DNA from: a virus
Taxonomy: Duplodnaviria > Caudoviricetes
Length of the DNA: 52,859 bases
Virus record (IMG/VR): IMGVR_UViG_3300011114_000478
Location: 1-52,859 of that record
Reading direction: 5' to 3' (one strand)
Each line of letters opens with the position of its first letter. The first letter of the stretch is position 1. Under the pieces are notes generated by a model. The model was not told the DNA's origin. It was given only the letters and a program-made list of their open reading frames with translations, and made no database searches. Both the position numbers and the translations under genes were made by a program. This document shows positions 35,582 to 46,984 of this stretch, in pieces.

Positions 35582-36048
35582 TGTTTAGTGCTCTATTCTC
35601 ATTTTTAGGTGGATCTGTCTTCCGCATGATATGGGGAGAAGTTTCAGCCGCTTGGACAAAACACCAAGATCATAAACATGAATTAGAGTCCATGAAGCTT
35701 CAAGCTGATTTAGAAAAGGTAAAACATGATCAAGAAATGGAAAGACTTAAAGTCTCTGCTGAATTGCAAATTAAACAAGTTGAAGTTATGGCTGATGCAG
35801 AAGTGGAAAAACTTGATGCAGAAGCTTTTATAGCCGCGCAAAAGACAGTCAATCAATCAACAGGTAATAAATACATTGATGCATGGAACGGCGCTATCAG
35901 ACCTGCTTGTGCTACTACAGCATTACTTGTATGGTGGTTTTGCTTATATACGCAAGGATTTGTATTAACAGAGTGGGATAAAGAGCTTGTAGGTGTCATC
36001 CTAGGCTTTTATTTTGCTCATAGAGTATTTAGCTCAAGAGGTAAATAA
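35581..36048 (+). CDS. Probable holin-like protein
   Basis: IRP..T followed by two TM segments, GFYF..R; directly before the lysozyme. Confidence 0.6.
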   Translation: MFSALFSFLGGSVFRMIWGEVSAAWTKHQDHKHELESMKLQADLEKVKHDQEMERLKVSAELQIKQVEVMADAEVEKLDAEAFIAAQKTVNQSTGNKYIDAWNGAIRPACATTALLVWWFCLYTQGFVLTEWDKELVGVILGFYFAHRVFSSRGK

Positions 36049-36467
36049 TGACCGCTTTAGAGCTTCTTATCAAGCTTATAAAGCGTTTTGAGGGATGTAA
36101 GTTAAAGGCTTATTATTGCCCTGCAGGTGTACTTACTTGCGGTTGGGGATCAACAGGAAAGGACATATTACCGAATACTGTATGGAGCCAAGAGTATGCC
36201 GATAAAAGACTTATGCATGATGCTGTGCATTTTTTAAAGGCAACACAAAAATTATGTCCTGATTTAGAGGGTGAACAGTTAGGTGCTATAGCAGATTTTG
36301 CTTACAATTTAGGCATAGGTCGGTTAAAATCAAGCACATTAAGAAAGAAACTTAACGAGGGTGATTTTCAATCTGCCTCAAGAGAATTAAAAAAATGGGT
36401 TAATGGTGGCGGTAAAAAGCTAAATGGTCTTGTAGTGAGACGGGACGCTGAAGCCGAATATTTATAG
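36048..36467 (+). CDS. Endolysin, GH24 lysozyme
   Basis: FEG....AY.CPAG..T.G.G, FAYNLG, SSTL..KLN, GL..RR.AE. Confidence 0.95.
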   Translation: MTALELLIKLIKRFEGCKLKAYYCPAGVLTCGWGSTGKDILPNTVWSQEYADKRLMHDAVHFLKATQKLCPDLEGEQLGAIADFAYNLGIGRLKSSTLRKKLNEGDFQSASRELKKWVNGGGKKLNGLVVRRDAEAEYL

Positions 36468-36475
36468 GGGTAGTT

Positions 36476-37111
36476 ATGACGACAGCAGTCGCGATGACCT
36501 ACGATAGTTTGGTCGAAAATATTCAGTCTTATTTAGAGCGTACGGATCAAGCAACTATTGACAAGATCCCGCTTTTTATTATGCTTGCAGAGCAAGTTAT
36601 TGCGTCTGAAATTAAGTTTCTAGGCAACCTTAATGTTGCTAATTCTACCTTTGTAGCGGGTGCAAACACCATACAAAAGCCTGCGCGTTGGCACAAAACT
36701 GTATCAATGAACATTACTGTAGCAGGTGAACGTCAACCTGTTCTATTACGCAAATACGAATACCTAAGAGAATATTGGCCTGATGACACACAAACAGATG
36801 TGCCTAAATTCTATTGCGATTACAACTATGATAATTGGTTAGTCGCACCAACACCTGATAGTAACTATAGCTTTGAAGTCTTGTACTACGAACGCGTACA
36901 GCCATTAGATTCTACAAACCAAACTAATTGGTTTACTATCTATGCACCACAAGCATTGCTTTATGGTTCGCTCCTACAAGCTATGCCTTTCCTAAAAAAT
37001 GACGAGCGTCTTCCTATGTGGCAATCACAATACACAGCCATTATGAATACACTTAAAACTGAAAACACACAACGAATTGGAGACAGACAGGCAACTGTTC
37101 TTGATACTTAA
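36476..37111 (+). CDS. Probable tail tubular/adaptor protein
   Basis: TY..L...I..YLER, P.FI.LAE, APTPD, LLYGSL..A..FLK. Confidence 0.7.
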   Translation: MTTAVAMTYDSLVENIQSYLERTDQATIDKIPLFIMLAEQVIASEIKFLGNLNVANSTFVAGANTIQKPARWHKTVSMNITVAGERQPVLLRKYEYLREYWPDDTQTDVPKFYCDYNYDNWLVAPTPDSNYSFEVLYYERVQPLDSTNQTNWFTIYAPQALLYGSLLQAMPFLKNDERLPMWQSQYTAIMNTLKTENTQRIGDRQATVLDT

Positions 37112-37113
37112 AC

Positions 37114-38352
37114 ATGACTACATACACCTCTCCCTTTGCAGGCGACGTTGTTTTACCTACCGATGTAAGTTACGCGTCGTATTCAATATCATCTGACTTA
37201 ACGCTTGTATGGCCTGTTAACGGCAACGTGTCAACAAGTGTTGCCGCTCGTATTATGGATATTACACCATTGACAAGTGGCTTATCTGTTTACATGCCTC
37301 CTGCAAATCAAGTGTCTGTGGGTCAAGATGCATTTATTAAGAACCCAAGCGCTTATACTTTAACTATTAAAAGTTCAACGGGAACTACGTTAGGCACACT
37401 TACCGCAGGTGCTACAAGATACTTTTACCTAACTAATAACTCTACTGCTTCAGGTACTTGGTCAAACATAGCTTTAGGTATTGGTACATCAGATCCTGAC
37501 GCTACAACATTAGCAGGTCGTGGATTAAAAGCTATTGGTGCAACTCTTAATCAATCTTCTCCAATTTCAAGCATTTCAGCAGGATACACATTCTTAGCAA
37601 GCGATAGAGCGCAAACTAAAGTTTGGGGTGGTGGTTCAGGTTCTGCAACATTACCGTTAGCGTCGGTGCTTGGTGATGATTGGTTCTGTATGATTAAAAA
37701 CAACGGAACAGGCACACTTACTATATCTACATCAGGTTCTGACACAATTGATCTTGCATCATCTAAAGTATTTCAGCCAAATGAGTCATGTATTATCGTG
37801 TGTGATGGTACAAGTTTTGTTACTGTTGGATACGGAGTAAGCAATCAATTTGTATTTACCTCAATTACTAAAGAAGTCACAACAGGAAGTTATTCATTAT
37901 CTGCGACAGAATCGCAATCGCTTATACAAGAGTATGTAGGTACTTTATCAGGCAATGTAACAATAACTTATCCTCCTGTAGTAGCATTTTATGTTGTAAG
38001 CAATCAAACTACAGCAGGTGGTAATACACTTACTATTACAACAGGGGTTGCAGGCGGTGCTGACGCAACCGTATCATCAGGTAATCAATCTACATTAATT
38101 TGTGACGGTGTTAATTTTTACAATGCTAACACTGTTCAAGCAGGTGCTTCTGTTAATGCTTTAGCAAATGGTAGCGCGGCTAACCCATCTCTTTATTTTG
38201 CATCAGAACCTTCTACAGGTGTTTATAGATCAGGTGCAGGTGCTTTTAATATATCAATACTTGGTACAAACAGATTTCAAACAAATGCATCAGGCATACA
38301 AGTAACAGGCACAGGCACTTTTAGCGGAGGAGTTCTTGGGGGAACCTTCTAA
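37114..38352 (+). CDS. Tail/fibre structural protein
   Basis: Beta-rich Thr/Ser/Gly composition, G....PS..F.....TG.Y motif; ends GGTF. Confidence 0.7.
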   Translation: MTTYTSPFAGDVVLPTDVSYASYSISSDLTLVWPVNGNVSTSVAARIMDITPLTSGLSVYMPPANQVSVGQDAFIKNPSAYTLTIKSSTGTTLGTLTAGATRYFYLTNNSTASGTWSNIALGIGTSDPDATTLAGRGLKAIGATLNQSSPISSISAGYTFLASDRAQTKVWGGGSGSATLPLASVLGDDWFCMIKNNGTGTLTISTSGSDTIDLASSKVFQPNESCIIVCDGTSFVTVGYGVSNQFVFTSITKEVTTGSYSLSATESQSLIQEYVGTLSGNVTITYPPVVAFYVVSNQTTAGGNTLTITTGVAGGADATVSSGNQSTLICDGVNFYNANTVQAGASVNALANGSAANPSLYFASEPSTGVYRSGAGAFNISILGTNRFQTNASGIQVTGTGTFSGGVLGGTF

Positions 38353-40583
38353 TGACAAAGAAGGTATTTGCACTTGATACCCAACCTGGCATTCAACGTG
38401 ACGGTACAGTATTTGATCGGGCTGTTTACACAGATGGTCAATGGGTAAGGTTTCAACGTGGTCGTCCTAGAAAGATATTAGGCTATCGTGAAATTACAGG
38501 CGGTATGGCAGGTCCTTCACGCGGATTATACTTAGATCCACAAGGTTTATTTAACAGAGTTTTTAATGGATACAACAACGGTATTCAAGCGTTACCAATT
38601 AATAACATTGGCATTGGTACAGGTATCACTGATTTTACTCTTTCAGACTTCACCCCAAATGATGCTAACCTTTGGCAATTTGATTCAGAATATGATTCTC
38701 AGGGTAGCGGTTATCAAACACTACTTGCGCACCCTGGTTTAAACCTAAACGATATTGCAAGCGAAAATAACACGCCTGTTTTAGGTGGTGACATTACAGG
38801 GTCAACTATGTCTGCTATCGGCGTATTTACAGCCGTAGGTGCAACGACAAACGGATTACCCACAGTTACATTAACAGCATCGAATACACTTATAGGCGCA
38901 GGTCAAGTTGTAACAGGAACAGGCATTCCTGCCAATACAACAGTCGTGTCTATTGTAGATACAACACTTACCTTATCTAACAACGCTACTGCAACTAATG
39001 CAAGTGTAACACTGACTTTTGACAATCAGATCGATGTATCAGGCGGCGTTGTTGTTCTACACCCATATGTATTTGTGTATGGCAATAACGGTCTTATTAA
39101 GAATTGTTCAGCAGGAAATATCAATGATTGGGTATCCGCCGACGCTAACGAAACAAACGCTGCTTCTACAAAAGTTGTAAAAGGTCTTCCCTTACGAGGT
39201 GGTTCTAACGCACCATCAGGATTGTTTTGGTCACTTGACTCTTTAATCAGAGTAAGCTACGCGCCTACAAACATAGGCATTCCAAACAGTGGTGACTACG
39301 GTGCAACGCTTTATTGGCGTTACGATATTATCTCATCACAAACTTCTATTATGTCTTCTCAGTCTGTCATCGAGTATGACGGTATTTATTATTGGTGTGG
39401 TGTTGACCGTTTCCTACTATACAACGGTGTGGTTAAAGAAATTCCAAACTCGATGAATCAAAACTATTTCTTTGATAATTTAAATTACGCACAAAGACAA
39501 AAAATCTATGCTACAAAAGTTCCTCGTTTTGGTGAGGTATGGTGGTTCTATCCAAGAGGTGACTCAGAGGAATGTAACGACGCAATTATTTATAACATTC
39601 GTGAAAACTGTTGGTATGACGCAGGCTTATCAGTAGGATCAAGAAGATCAGCAGGATACTTCTCACAGGTATTTCACTATCCAATTAATATGGATTGGAA
39701 TGTAAATACAGAAGGTGCTATTACATCTTATCCCACAATTAGCAATGCAGGATCGGGATATACAAATGGCACTTACTACAGCGTCGCTTTAACGGGAAGC
39801 GTTACAGGTACAGGTGCTACCGCAAACATTACCGTAGCAGGTAACGTAGTGACTAATGTTACTATGGTTAACAAGGGTTCAGGTTACGCTGTAAACGATG
39901 TATTAACACAAGAGATAGCTACAGTTACAGGAAGTGTAAGTGGAACTGTGATGACAGTGACTGCCGTGACGTCAGGAACTTTATATGTAGGTCAATATGT
40001 TTCAGGTACAGGCATTACAGCAGGTACACGCATATCTGCATTTAGCTCAGGTAGCGGTGGTATTGGCACATACATCTTAGACACATCATCCGCGTCAACA
40101 GGAAGCATTACAATTACGAGTCAATTTATTCCTGCGGGATCAAACTTTGCAATTACCTTATCATCCACTGACCTTCAAAGTTTAGTAAGTTTATATCAAC
40201 ATGAGGTTGGTACTGACGCAATTATCTCTAATGAGCCACTAGCCATTCAAAGTTATTTTGAGACAAATAATTTAGGTTGGGTGTCAGGTGGTCCTGCACA
40301 ACAATCAGCCGAAGGTGCTAATTATTGGTTAAGACTAGAGCGTGTAGAACCTGACTTTATACAAAACGGTGACATGAATTTATATGTAACAGGTCGTCCA
40401 TATGCACAAGCTGAAGACTATACATCACCTGCTTATACATTTTCGCCTAATACAAACAAGATTGATATGAAAGAACAACGTAGAGAGTTAAGATTAAAAT
40501 TTGAAAGTAACGTCGTAGGCGGTAACTATCAATTAGGTTACCTATTACTAAGTGCCGATATTGGCGACGTGAGAGGTTACTAA
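38352..40583 (+). CDS. Probable tail nozzle/stabilisation protein
   Basis: [30 protein letters not shown]; size and position. Confidence 0.65.
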   Translation: MTKKVFALDTQPGIQRDGTVFDRAVYTDGQWVRFQRGRPRKILGYREITGGMAGPSRGLYLDPQGLFNRVFNGYNNGIQALPINNIGIGTGITDFTLSDFTPNDANLWQFDSEYDSQGSGYQTLLAHPGLNLNDIASENNTPVLGGDITGSTMSAIGVFTAVGATTNGLPTVTLTASNTLIGAGQVVTGTGIPANTTVVSIVDTTLTLSNNATATNASVTLTFDNQIDVSGGVVVLHPYVFVYGNNGLIKNCSAGNINDWVSADANETNAASTKVVKGLPLRGGSNAPSGLFWSLDSLIRVSYAPTNIGIPNSGDYGATLYWRYDIISSQTSIMSSQSVIEYDGIYYWCGVDRFLLYNGVVKEIPNSMNQNYFFDNLNYAQRQKIYATKVPRFGEVWWFYPRGDSEECNDAIIYNIRENCWYDAGLSVGSRRSAGYFSQVFHYPINMDWNVNTEGAITSYPTISNAGSGYTNGTYYSVALTGSVTGTGATANITVAGNVVTNVTMVNKGSGYAVNDVLTQEIATVTGSVSGTVMTVTAVTSGTLYVGQYVSGTGITAGTRISAFSSGSGGIGTYILDTSSASTGSITITSQFIPAGSNFAITLSSTDLQSLVSLYQHEVGTDAIISNEPLAIQSYFETNNLGWVSGGPAQQSAEGANYWLRLERVEPDFIQNGDMNLYVTGRPYAQAEDYTSPAYTFSPNTNKIDMKEQRRELRLKFESNVVGGNYQLGYLLLSADIGDVRGY

Positions 40584-40837
40584 TGACTATATCATTGGTT
40601 TACGATCCGAGGTATCATACATTTCAATCATGGGCAAGTCTCATGTGCGAAGCTTACTCAGGTCAACAATTACAAATACCATCTGACAACGAAGACGAAT
40701 GGAAGTCATGGGCGGTAGGATTAAATGCAATTGATATATTTACAAACAATGCTATTCCTGATCCTTATCAATTTGAAAATTGGCAAGATTGGGCATCAGC
40801 AGTTGTCAACACAGTAAATCAAAGGACAGAACAATAA
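40583..40837 (+). CDS. Trp-rich hypothetical protein
   Basis: Coupled ORF. Confidence 0.7.
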   Translation: MTISLVYDPRYHTFQSWASLMCEAYSGQQLQIPSDNEDEWKSWAVGLNAIDIFTNNAIPDPYQFENWQDWASAVVNTVNQRTEQ

Positions 40838-41319
40838 TGCCAAAAAGCGCAAAACCAAGAAAAGAATATAATCCAAATTCTAAAATGCCACCTCCAAAGA
40901 TTGAGGAAAAGCTAACTCCACAAGAGATTGTGAAGCGTAGTCTTGAGCGCATGAATCCAAGTGCTGATTGGGAAAATGTATATTCACATGTATACGCGGC
41001 TATTAAATCTAATAAATTTAGAGCGCTTCGACATGGGGAAACTATTTTATTTTTTCAAGTACAAAGTCCTGTAGCGTCTCAAGCTCATTTGTTTTCAGCC
41101 GACCCACAAGATAAATTTTTAGAAGCATTGCGAGAGTTTGGTAAAGCATTAAAAATAAGCGGATATAAAAAACTTACAGGCATTGTAAGAAATGCGTCTT
41201 TATTGCGATTAATTAGAAAAGCAAATTCTATTAAGTTTGAAGTAAACGATTCTCCTATTAGGGCTTATGGTGATTCAGGAGAAATTCTTGGATATAAATT
41301 AGAGATTGGAATTAAATAA
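40837..41319 (+). CDS. Hypothetical protein
   Basis: TAATG-coupled start at 40837 with AAGGA RBS. Confidence 0.7.
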   Translation: MPKSAKPRKEYNPNSKMPPPKIEEKLTPQEIVKRSLERMNPSADWENVYSHVYAAIKSNKFRALRHGETILFFQVQSPVASQAHLFSADPQDKFLEALREFGKALKISGYKKLTGIVRNASLLRLIRKANSIKFEVNDSPIRAYGDSGEILGYKLEIGIK

Positions 41320-43172
41320 TGTGTGGATTTGTAGAAGACATAGTTGGTGGTGTAATTGATGTTATAGGCTCAGTCGCAGAGTTTGTGGTTGACAATGCAT
41401 TTCCTATTATTTCAACTGTAGCATTAAACTATTTTGCACCTGGTCTTGGAGATTTTTTTTCAATTAGTCAGACGGCGGTAAAAGCCATTGGGGGAGCGGC
41501 TATTTCTGCTATGAACGGTGGAAGTATAGCTGACATAGCAACCGCAGGGTTAACTCCATTCTTGCCATCCATCGGAAAATCATTAGGTATTAATCTTGAT
41601 CCAACAGGATTTATTAGCTCTTCAATTGCTGACGTTTTAGGTGACAACGTCGTTTCTAATGTTATATCTAACGCAGTTGGTTCTGCCACAATGGCGGGTT
41701 TAACGGCGGCTGTAACAGGCGGGGATATTTTAAAAGCAGCAGGTATGGCAGGTTTTAGTAGCGCTGTAGGTACTACCTTATCAAAAACATGGGACTCTCT
41801 TAAAGAGTATGCTCCTAAACTAGCACAAACAGAAACTGAAATACAAACAAAATATAACAGAGTACAAGACTCTCAAAGCTTTATAGATCAAGTAAGAAAA
41901 CAACAAGGTATTGTTAATGATCTAGCAGAAGAAATAAACGCTCCTAGCACAAAATACCAACAACTAAAATCAGATTATGATACAAAGTTAGCTCAATATA
42001 ACTCTGCAAAAGACGCTCGAGATGTCACTACAGCAAACAGTATAGCAAAAGAACTTAACGAAAATGTAATACCTACAATTAATGAATTTGTAAACAACTA
42101 TGGGGATTTTTCAGATACATATGTTGATTCAACTTTAATGCCACAATATGAACAAGCTAAATCATATTTGGATAGTTTGATTAATAATAATCAGGGATTG
42201 ATTGATAATTATATCAGCGATATAACAAGCTTAGATACGCTTACAAAGCAATACGATACATTCACAAATAAAATTCAAGCTGATTACTCTAATTTCCAAA
42301 TGGCTGATGCATTATCAAAAGGTGATTACACAAATGCATCTAAATACTACACAGATCTAAATAATTATAATCAAGCTATATTAAAAGTAGAGCCAAATAC
42401 AACAGTTGCTACACCTAATTTAACAGCACAACAAAATACATTCTTGCAAGATTTTTCAAAGGCTACAGATCAGGCGGTTAAAGATCAATTAACTTCGCAA
42501 GCTTCACAACTTTTTGCTGACTATAAAGCTCCTATTACAACAGACACAACGGTTCCTACTACACCTACAACACCTACAACACCAACAACAGGTACGGGAA
42601 CAGGAACATCAACCAATCCATACGAAAATTTACCAAAATTACCTGAAGATGGCATAGGTCAACCTACACCACCTTCCCCCACTACAGGCACAGGAACCAC
42701 GGGAGCAACTACACCTAACATAGGATCAAATTTAACTAACTACCTTACAAATGTTGGAAGCAATCTATTGGGTAATATTACAAAAGGTGTAGTGACCAAT
42801 CAAGTTGTAAACGCAATTTTAGGCAACGATCCTCAAAGACCTTCTTTACCTACTAAACCAAGACCACCATCAAAAGTAGACGTCAGCACATTAAAGCCGT
42901 TTACAGGTGGCTTGCCAAGTAATGTAACATCTAGTGTCACTCCTATTAAAAAAGACCCAAGTACCTTAACACCTTTTACAGGCGCTTTACCTACTACAGG
43001 CGGAACAACAACTACAACACCAACAACACCAACAACACCAAATACTACTACACAAACCCCTACAGGTGGTTTACAATCAAATCAAACTCAAACCCCTCCA
43101 ACTAAAGTGGATGTCAGCAAATTAACGCCCGTTACTGATATGAATTGGCTTAAAAGCTTGGGTATAGCATAA
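41319..43172 (+). CDS. Probable internal virion/ejection protein
   Basis: Gly/Ala hydrophobic N-terminus, coiled coil, Pro/Thr-rich tail. Confidence 0.65.
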   Translation: MCGFVEDIVGGVIDVIGSVAEFVVDNAFPIISTVALNYFAPGLGDFFSISQTAVKAIGGAAISAMNGGSIADIATAGLTPFLPSIGKSLGINLDPTGFISSSIADVLGDNVVSNVISNAVGSATMAGLTAAVTGGDILKAAGMAGFSSAVGTTLSKTWDSLKEYAPKLAQTETEIQTKYNRVQDSQSFIDQVRKQQGIVNDLAEEINAPSTKYQQLKSDYDTKLAQYNSAKDARDVTTANSIAKELNENVIPTINEFVNNYGDFSDTYVDSTLMPQYEQAKSYLDSLINNNQGLIDNYISDITSLDTLTKQYDTFTNKIQADYSNFQMADALSKGDYTNASKYYTDLNNYNQAILKVEPNTTVATPNLTAQQNTFLQDFSKATDQAVKDQLTSQASQLFADYKAPITTDTTVPTTPTTPTTPTTGTGTGTSTNPYENLPKLPEDGIGQPTPPSPTTGTGTTGATTPNIGSNLTNYLTNVGSNLLGNITKGVVTNQVVNAILGNDPQRPSLPTKPRPPSKVDVSTLKPFTGGLPSNVTSSVTPIKKDPSTLTPFTGALPTTGGTTTTTPTTPTTPNTTTQTPTGGLQSNQTQTPPTKVDVSKLTPVTDMNWLKSLGIA

Positions 43173-43181
43173 GGATAAATT

Positions 43182-45932
43182 ATGGCACTTCCACAATCAG
43201 TCGACCCAACAAGCCTTAACATTAGCGGAAAGCCTGCAATAGCTACAGCGCCAACAACCACAACATCTGTGGGTGCTACAGGCATGCCAATGCCTACTAT
43301 AGCTATGGAAAAGAACGAGGTTCCATTAGGTGCAGGAGCTCTTTTAGGTTATGCGCTAGGTAACTTAATGGGTAATCGAGGTACTGCTTTAACAGGTACG
43401 CCTACGGGACAGACTCCATCAGGACAAACACCTTCAGGTCAAACTCCTTCAGGATCAAAGCCAACAGGATCAACACCAACAGGAAACATAGGAAGTGTAA
43501 ATAGTATAAAATTTCCCGCAGGTACTACACAAGATCAAATTGACGCAATGATTAATCCTTTGACAGGATTGCCATACGGAAAAACAAATGGTCAGTCTAA
43601 CTATGTAATATCAGGCGTCAACATGCAAAACGGTGAGGTTGTTGCATTACCAAACGATAAAATTGGCGGAACAAATCTAGGAACAAATACAGGTAATTTT
43701 GGTTTTGAGGCAGGCACAGGTACAGGCGGTACAACAGGCGGTACTACACAAACAGGTAATCAATACTTTCAAGATTCAAGCGGTAATGTTTATGATGCGG
43801 ATGGCACATTAATCTATTACAATCCAAGTAGTGTTATCTCAGGTGGCACTATGGATGGCGGTGGTTATGATCCAAACGCAGACACAGGATCTGACGCAGG
43901 TCAATTCTTTCAAAGTGATGCAGGTGACATTTACGATTACGCAGGTAATCTTGTTTTAGAGTACGGCAATGGATATTACTACGAACCTGACACAGGAAAT
44001 TATTACGATTCAAACTTTGATGTCGTAGGTGACGACTTTAGCTTCTTCGAAGACTTTATGGGTTTACCTGCTTTTGACTCAAGTATGTATGGTGATCTAG
44101 GTGATTATTTTGATTACGGCAACTACACATCAGGTAGCACAACATATATAAAAGACGGAGGTTCTGTGAAGGGCGGATTAGCAACACCATTATTTAAAAA
44201 AGGCGGATCAGTGCCTAGATTTGCAGAGGGATCTACAGGTGGTATTGATCTTTCTACATACACTAACACAGGTGATCCTCTTGCAAACACAAGCAATCTT
44301 TTAGGTGTAGATAACACAGTAAATTCTAGCAATCTTCTTGGTGTTAATACGCCTGTGGCTACAGCAACAAATTTAACTAACCCTGTAACACAAGACACAT
44401 CACAATCAGGCATAGTAAATACAATTAGTAATTTACTAGGTAATAAAGGCGTATCAGGTGCTTTACTTGGAACACTTATTGCACAATTACTTAACTCTAC
44501 AGAACAACCTGTAAACAAAGGTGTCGACATGACAGCGTTAGGTACATTAAAACCACGCACAACACCAACAGGTCCTGCTCGATTTGTTCCTTACTCAGAA
44601 TACGGTACACCAACTACACCATATGATTACTCACAATTGTATGCAAACTTAGGTGTATCACCTTTTGGCGCAGGTGCGGGAGCGCTCTCTCCAAGTGCAA
44701 CTCCAACCACTCCTACATCTGCCCAACCTGTAACAACACCAACAACACCTACAGGTGGATTGCCTGCTATTACAGCACCAACAACACCGACAACACCTAC
44801 GCAAACAACGCAACAATATTTCCAAGATGCTGACGGCAATATTTATAATGCAAACGGTGATTTAGTTTACGACACAACCACAGGTACAACAACAGCAGTA
44901 GCACAACAAACTGTAGCACCTAGTGGTACAACACAAGCTAGTGTAGCGCCTATGAGCGGTTTAGCTGTGACTACACCTGAAGCTTCATCATCTTATTATT
45001 CTTACGGTTCTGATGTAAATCCCGCGCAAGTATTAAGCTCTAAAAAAGGTGGAGCAATTAAAAAATTTGCTGACGGTGGATTATCAGATTTAGCAGTGAC
45101 ATCTTTATATGACGCAACTAATCCTGATTATGTAAGCGCTCATGAAGCTTTAATAGCGCAACCAAGCATGGCAACAATGAATAATCAATTTGGTACTGTA
45201 GGTTATAACATGGCTTACAACAGTCCTGAAGCTAATGCGTTCTATGATAAATATGCTGTAAGGAATGATGACGGTTCTACATACATAAGCCCTGAAGGTT
45301 TTGAATACTTATATTCAATAGATCCAAGAGCGTATGCAACTGATTCTATCGTACAAGATATGCCTGTAGACGTACCACTAGCTATGGGAAATGCATATGA
45401 TGACTCATCAGACTTTCCAATTAGAACAATGGCAGGTGAAACACCTTTACCTTATGAAAGAGTAACAACTTCAGCACCAACTGATTTTGCTCCTCCTTCA
45501 TTCTCTGATTCACCAACATTTAGATATAGTGGCGCACGCAATCCGTTACTATCAGGTTTAAGCATGACACCAACGCAACCATACAGACTTGCTCAAGGTG
45601 GTTCGCCACATGGAAACGCAAATATACCTGTAACAGAAGGTAATAATCCTAATGTGCCTATAGTACAAGGTAGACAAGATTACAGAAAAGGCGCTTATGT
45701 ACAAGGTGCGGGTGATGGTCAATCTGACGACATTCCTGCAATGCTTGCTGACGGTGAATACGTCATCGATGCAGAAACAGTAGCACAATTAGGCAACGGC
45801 TCAAACAAAGCAGGTGCTAAAATGTTAGACGAATTTAGAGAAAATATTCGCGCACATAAACGTAGCGCACCCACACATAAAATACCGCCAAAAAGCAAAT
45901 CTGCATTGGCATATCTTAAAGGAGCAAAATAA
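43182..45932 (+). CDS. Probable internal virion/ejection protein, low complexity
   Basis: Several xxxGG motifs, YFQD..G..Y repeats, C-terminal GDGQSDDIPAMLADGEYVI. Confidence 0.65.
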   Translation: MALPQSVDPTSLNISGKPAIATAPTTTTSVGATGMPMPTIAMEKNEVPLGAGALLGYALGNLMGNRGTALTGTPTGQTPSGQTPSGQTPSGSKPTGSTPTGNIGSVNSIKFPAGTTQDQIDAMINPLTGLPYGKTNGQSNYVISGVNMQNGEVVALPNDKIGGTNLGTNTGNFGFEAGTGTGGTTGGTTQTGNQYFQDSSGNVYDADGTLIYYNPSSVISGGTMDGGGYDPNADTGSDAGQFFQSDAGDIYDYAGNLVLEYGNGYYYEPDTGNYYDSNFDVVGDDFSFFEDFMGLPAFDSSMYGDLGDYFDYGNYTSGSTTYIKDGGSVKGGLATPLFKKGGSVPRFAEGSTGGIDLSTYTNTGDPLANTSNLLGVDNTVNSSNLLGVNTPVATATNLTNPVTQDTSQSGIVNTISNLLGNKGVSGALLGTLIAQLLNSTEQPVNKGVDMTALGTLKPRTTPTGPARFVPYSEYGTPTTPYDYSQLYANLGVSPFGAGAGALSPSATPTTPTSAQPVTTPTTPTGGLPAITAPTTPTTPTQTTQQYFQDADGNIYNANGDLVYDTTTGTTTAVAQQTVAPSGTTQASVAPMSGLAVTTPEASSSYYSYGSDVNPAQVLSSKKGGAIKKFADGGLSDLAVTSLYDATNPDYVSAHEALIAQPSMATMNNQFGTVGYNMAYNSPEANAFYDKYAVRNDDGSTYISPEGFEYLYSIDPRAYATDSIVQDMPVDVPLAMGNAYDDSSDFPIRTMAGETPLPYERVTTSAPTDFAPPSFSDSPTFRYSGARNPLLSGLSMTPTQPYRLAQGGSPHGNANIPVTEGNNPNVPIVQGRQDYRKGAYVQGAGDGQSDDIPAMLADGEYVIDAETVAQLGNGSNKAGAKMLDEFRENIRAHKRSAPTHKIPPKSKSALAYLKGAK

Positions 45933-46984
45933 TGGCTGATATATTTCAAGGCGCGCCGTTACCCGCAGTAACCACTACTAAACAAGATCAGACGGTCTTA
46001 CCTGAGTTTTATACTAACTATTTACAAGACATTGCAAATATTGGTACAGGCGCTGTTCAGCAAGGTGGTGTAGCAGGATTCTCTCCTTTACAACAACAAG
46101 CATTTCAAATGGCACCTAATGTTGCATTTAGTGGCGCACAAACAGCAGGTGACGCGGCTTCTCTATTAGGCGCGGCGGGTACAACAGCAGCTCCGACTAT
46201 GGTTGGTGCATATATGAATCCATACACTCGCAATGTTGTGGATGAAATGTCACGCTTACAACAACAAAATATTCAACGTAGTGTTTTACCTGCGTTAAGA
46301 GGTGCAGGCGTAGGTTCAGGCAGTTTTGGATCAACTCGACAAGCTAACGTAACAGGTCAAGCACTAGCTGATATGCAACGTAATCTATTAGGCAAACAAT
46401 ACGAAGCATTATATTCAGGTTATGGTGACGCGATGAAAGCCGCGCAAACCGACTTAAACCGTCAAATGCAAGCAGGTCAAGGCTTAGGTAATGTAGCTCA
46501 ACAACAATACAGCATTGGTACAGGCGGTCTTAAAACACTTGAAGAGTTAGGCGGTCAACAACAAGCGCTAGGTCAAAAACAACTAGACTATCCAATGATT
46601 CAAGCACAAAACCTTGCTAAACTATTTACAGGGTTAAGTCTTCCTACAGGTACAACAACACAAACAACAGGACCAGGGCAAGCAGGTCAGTATTCATTAA
46701 GCCCGTTATCACAAATTAGTGGCTTACTCACGGGTCTTGGTGCATTTATGGGTACACCTTCAGGTACAACAGGAACTACAGGAACAACACAACAACAATC
46801 AGGTTTAGCTAGTATTTTAGGCTTACCGCAAGCGGCTTTTGATCAACTTATGAGTCTTGGTAGAAGTATTGGTTTACCTCTTGCTGAAGGTGGTACTGTA
46901 GGTTACGCAAAAGGTGGCAAAGTAAAACCTGTACCTGTGAACTTTCAAAACTATTTAAAACATAAAGCAAAAAGGAATTCATAA
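45932..46984 (+). CDS. Probable DNA pilot/ejection protein
   Basis: VAGFSPLQQQA, YMNPY..NV, G.FG.TRQ; Gln/Gly-rich. Confidence 0.7.
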   Translation: MADIFQGAPLPAVTTTKQDQTVLPEFYTNYLQDIANIGTGAVQQGGVAGFSPLQQQAFQMAPNVAFSGAQTAGDAASLLGAAGTTAAPTMVGAYMNPYTRNVVDEMSRLQQQNIQRSVLPALRGAGVGSGSFGSTRQANVTGQALADMQRNLLGKQYEALYSGYGDAMKAAQTDLNRQMQAGQGLGNVAQQQYSIGTGGLKTLEELGGQQQALGQKQLDYPMIQAQNLAKLFTGLSLPTGTTTQTTGPGQAGQYSLSPLSQISGLLTGLGAFMGTPSGTTGTTGTTQQQSGLASILGLPQAAFDQLMSLGRSIGLPLAEGGTVGYAKGGKVKPVPVNFQNYLKHKAKRNS

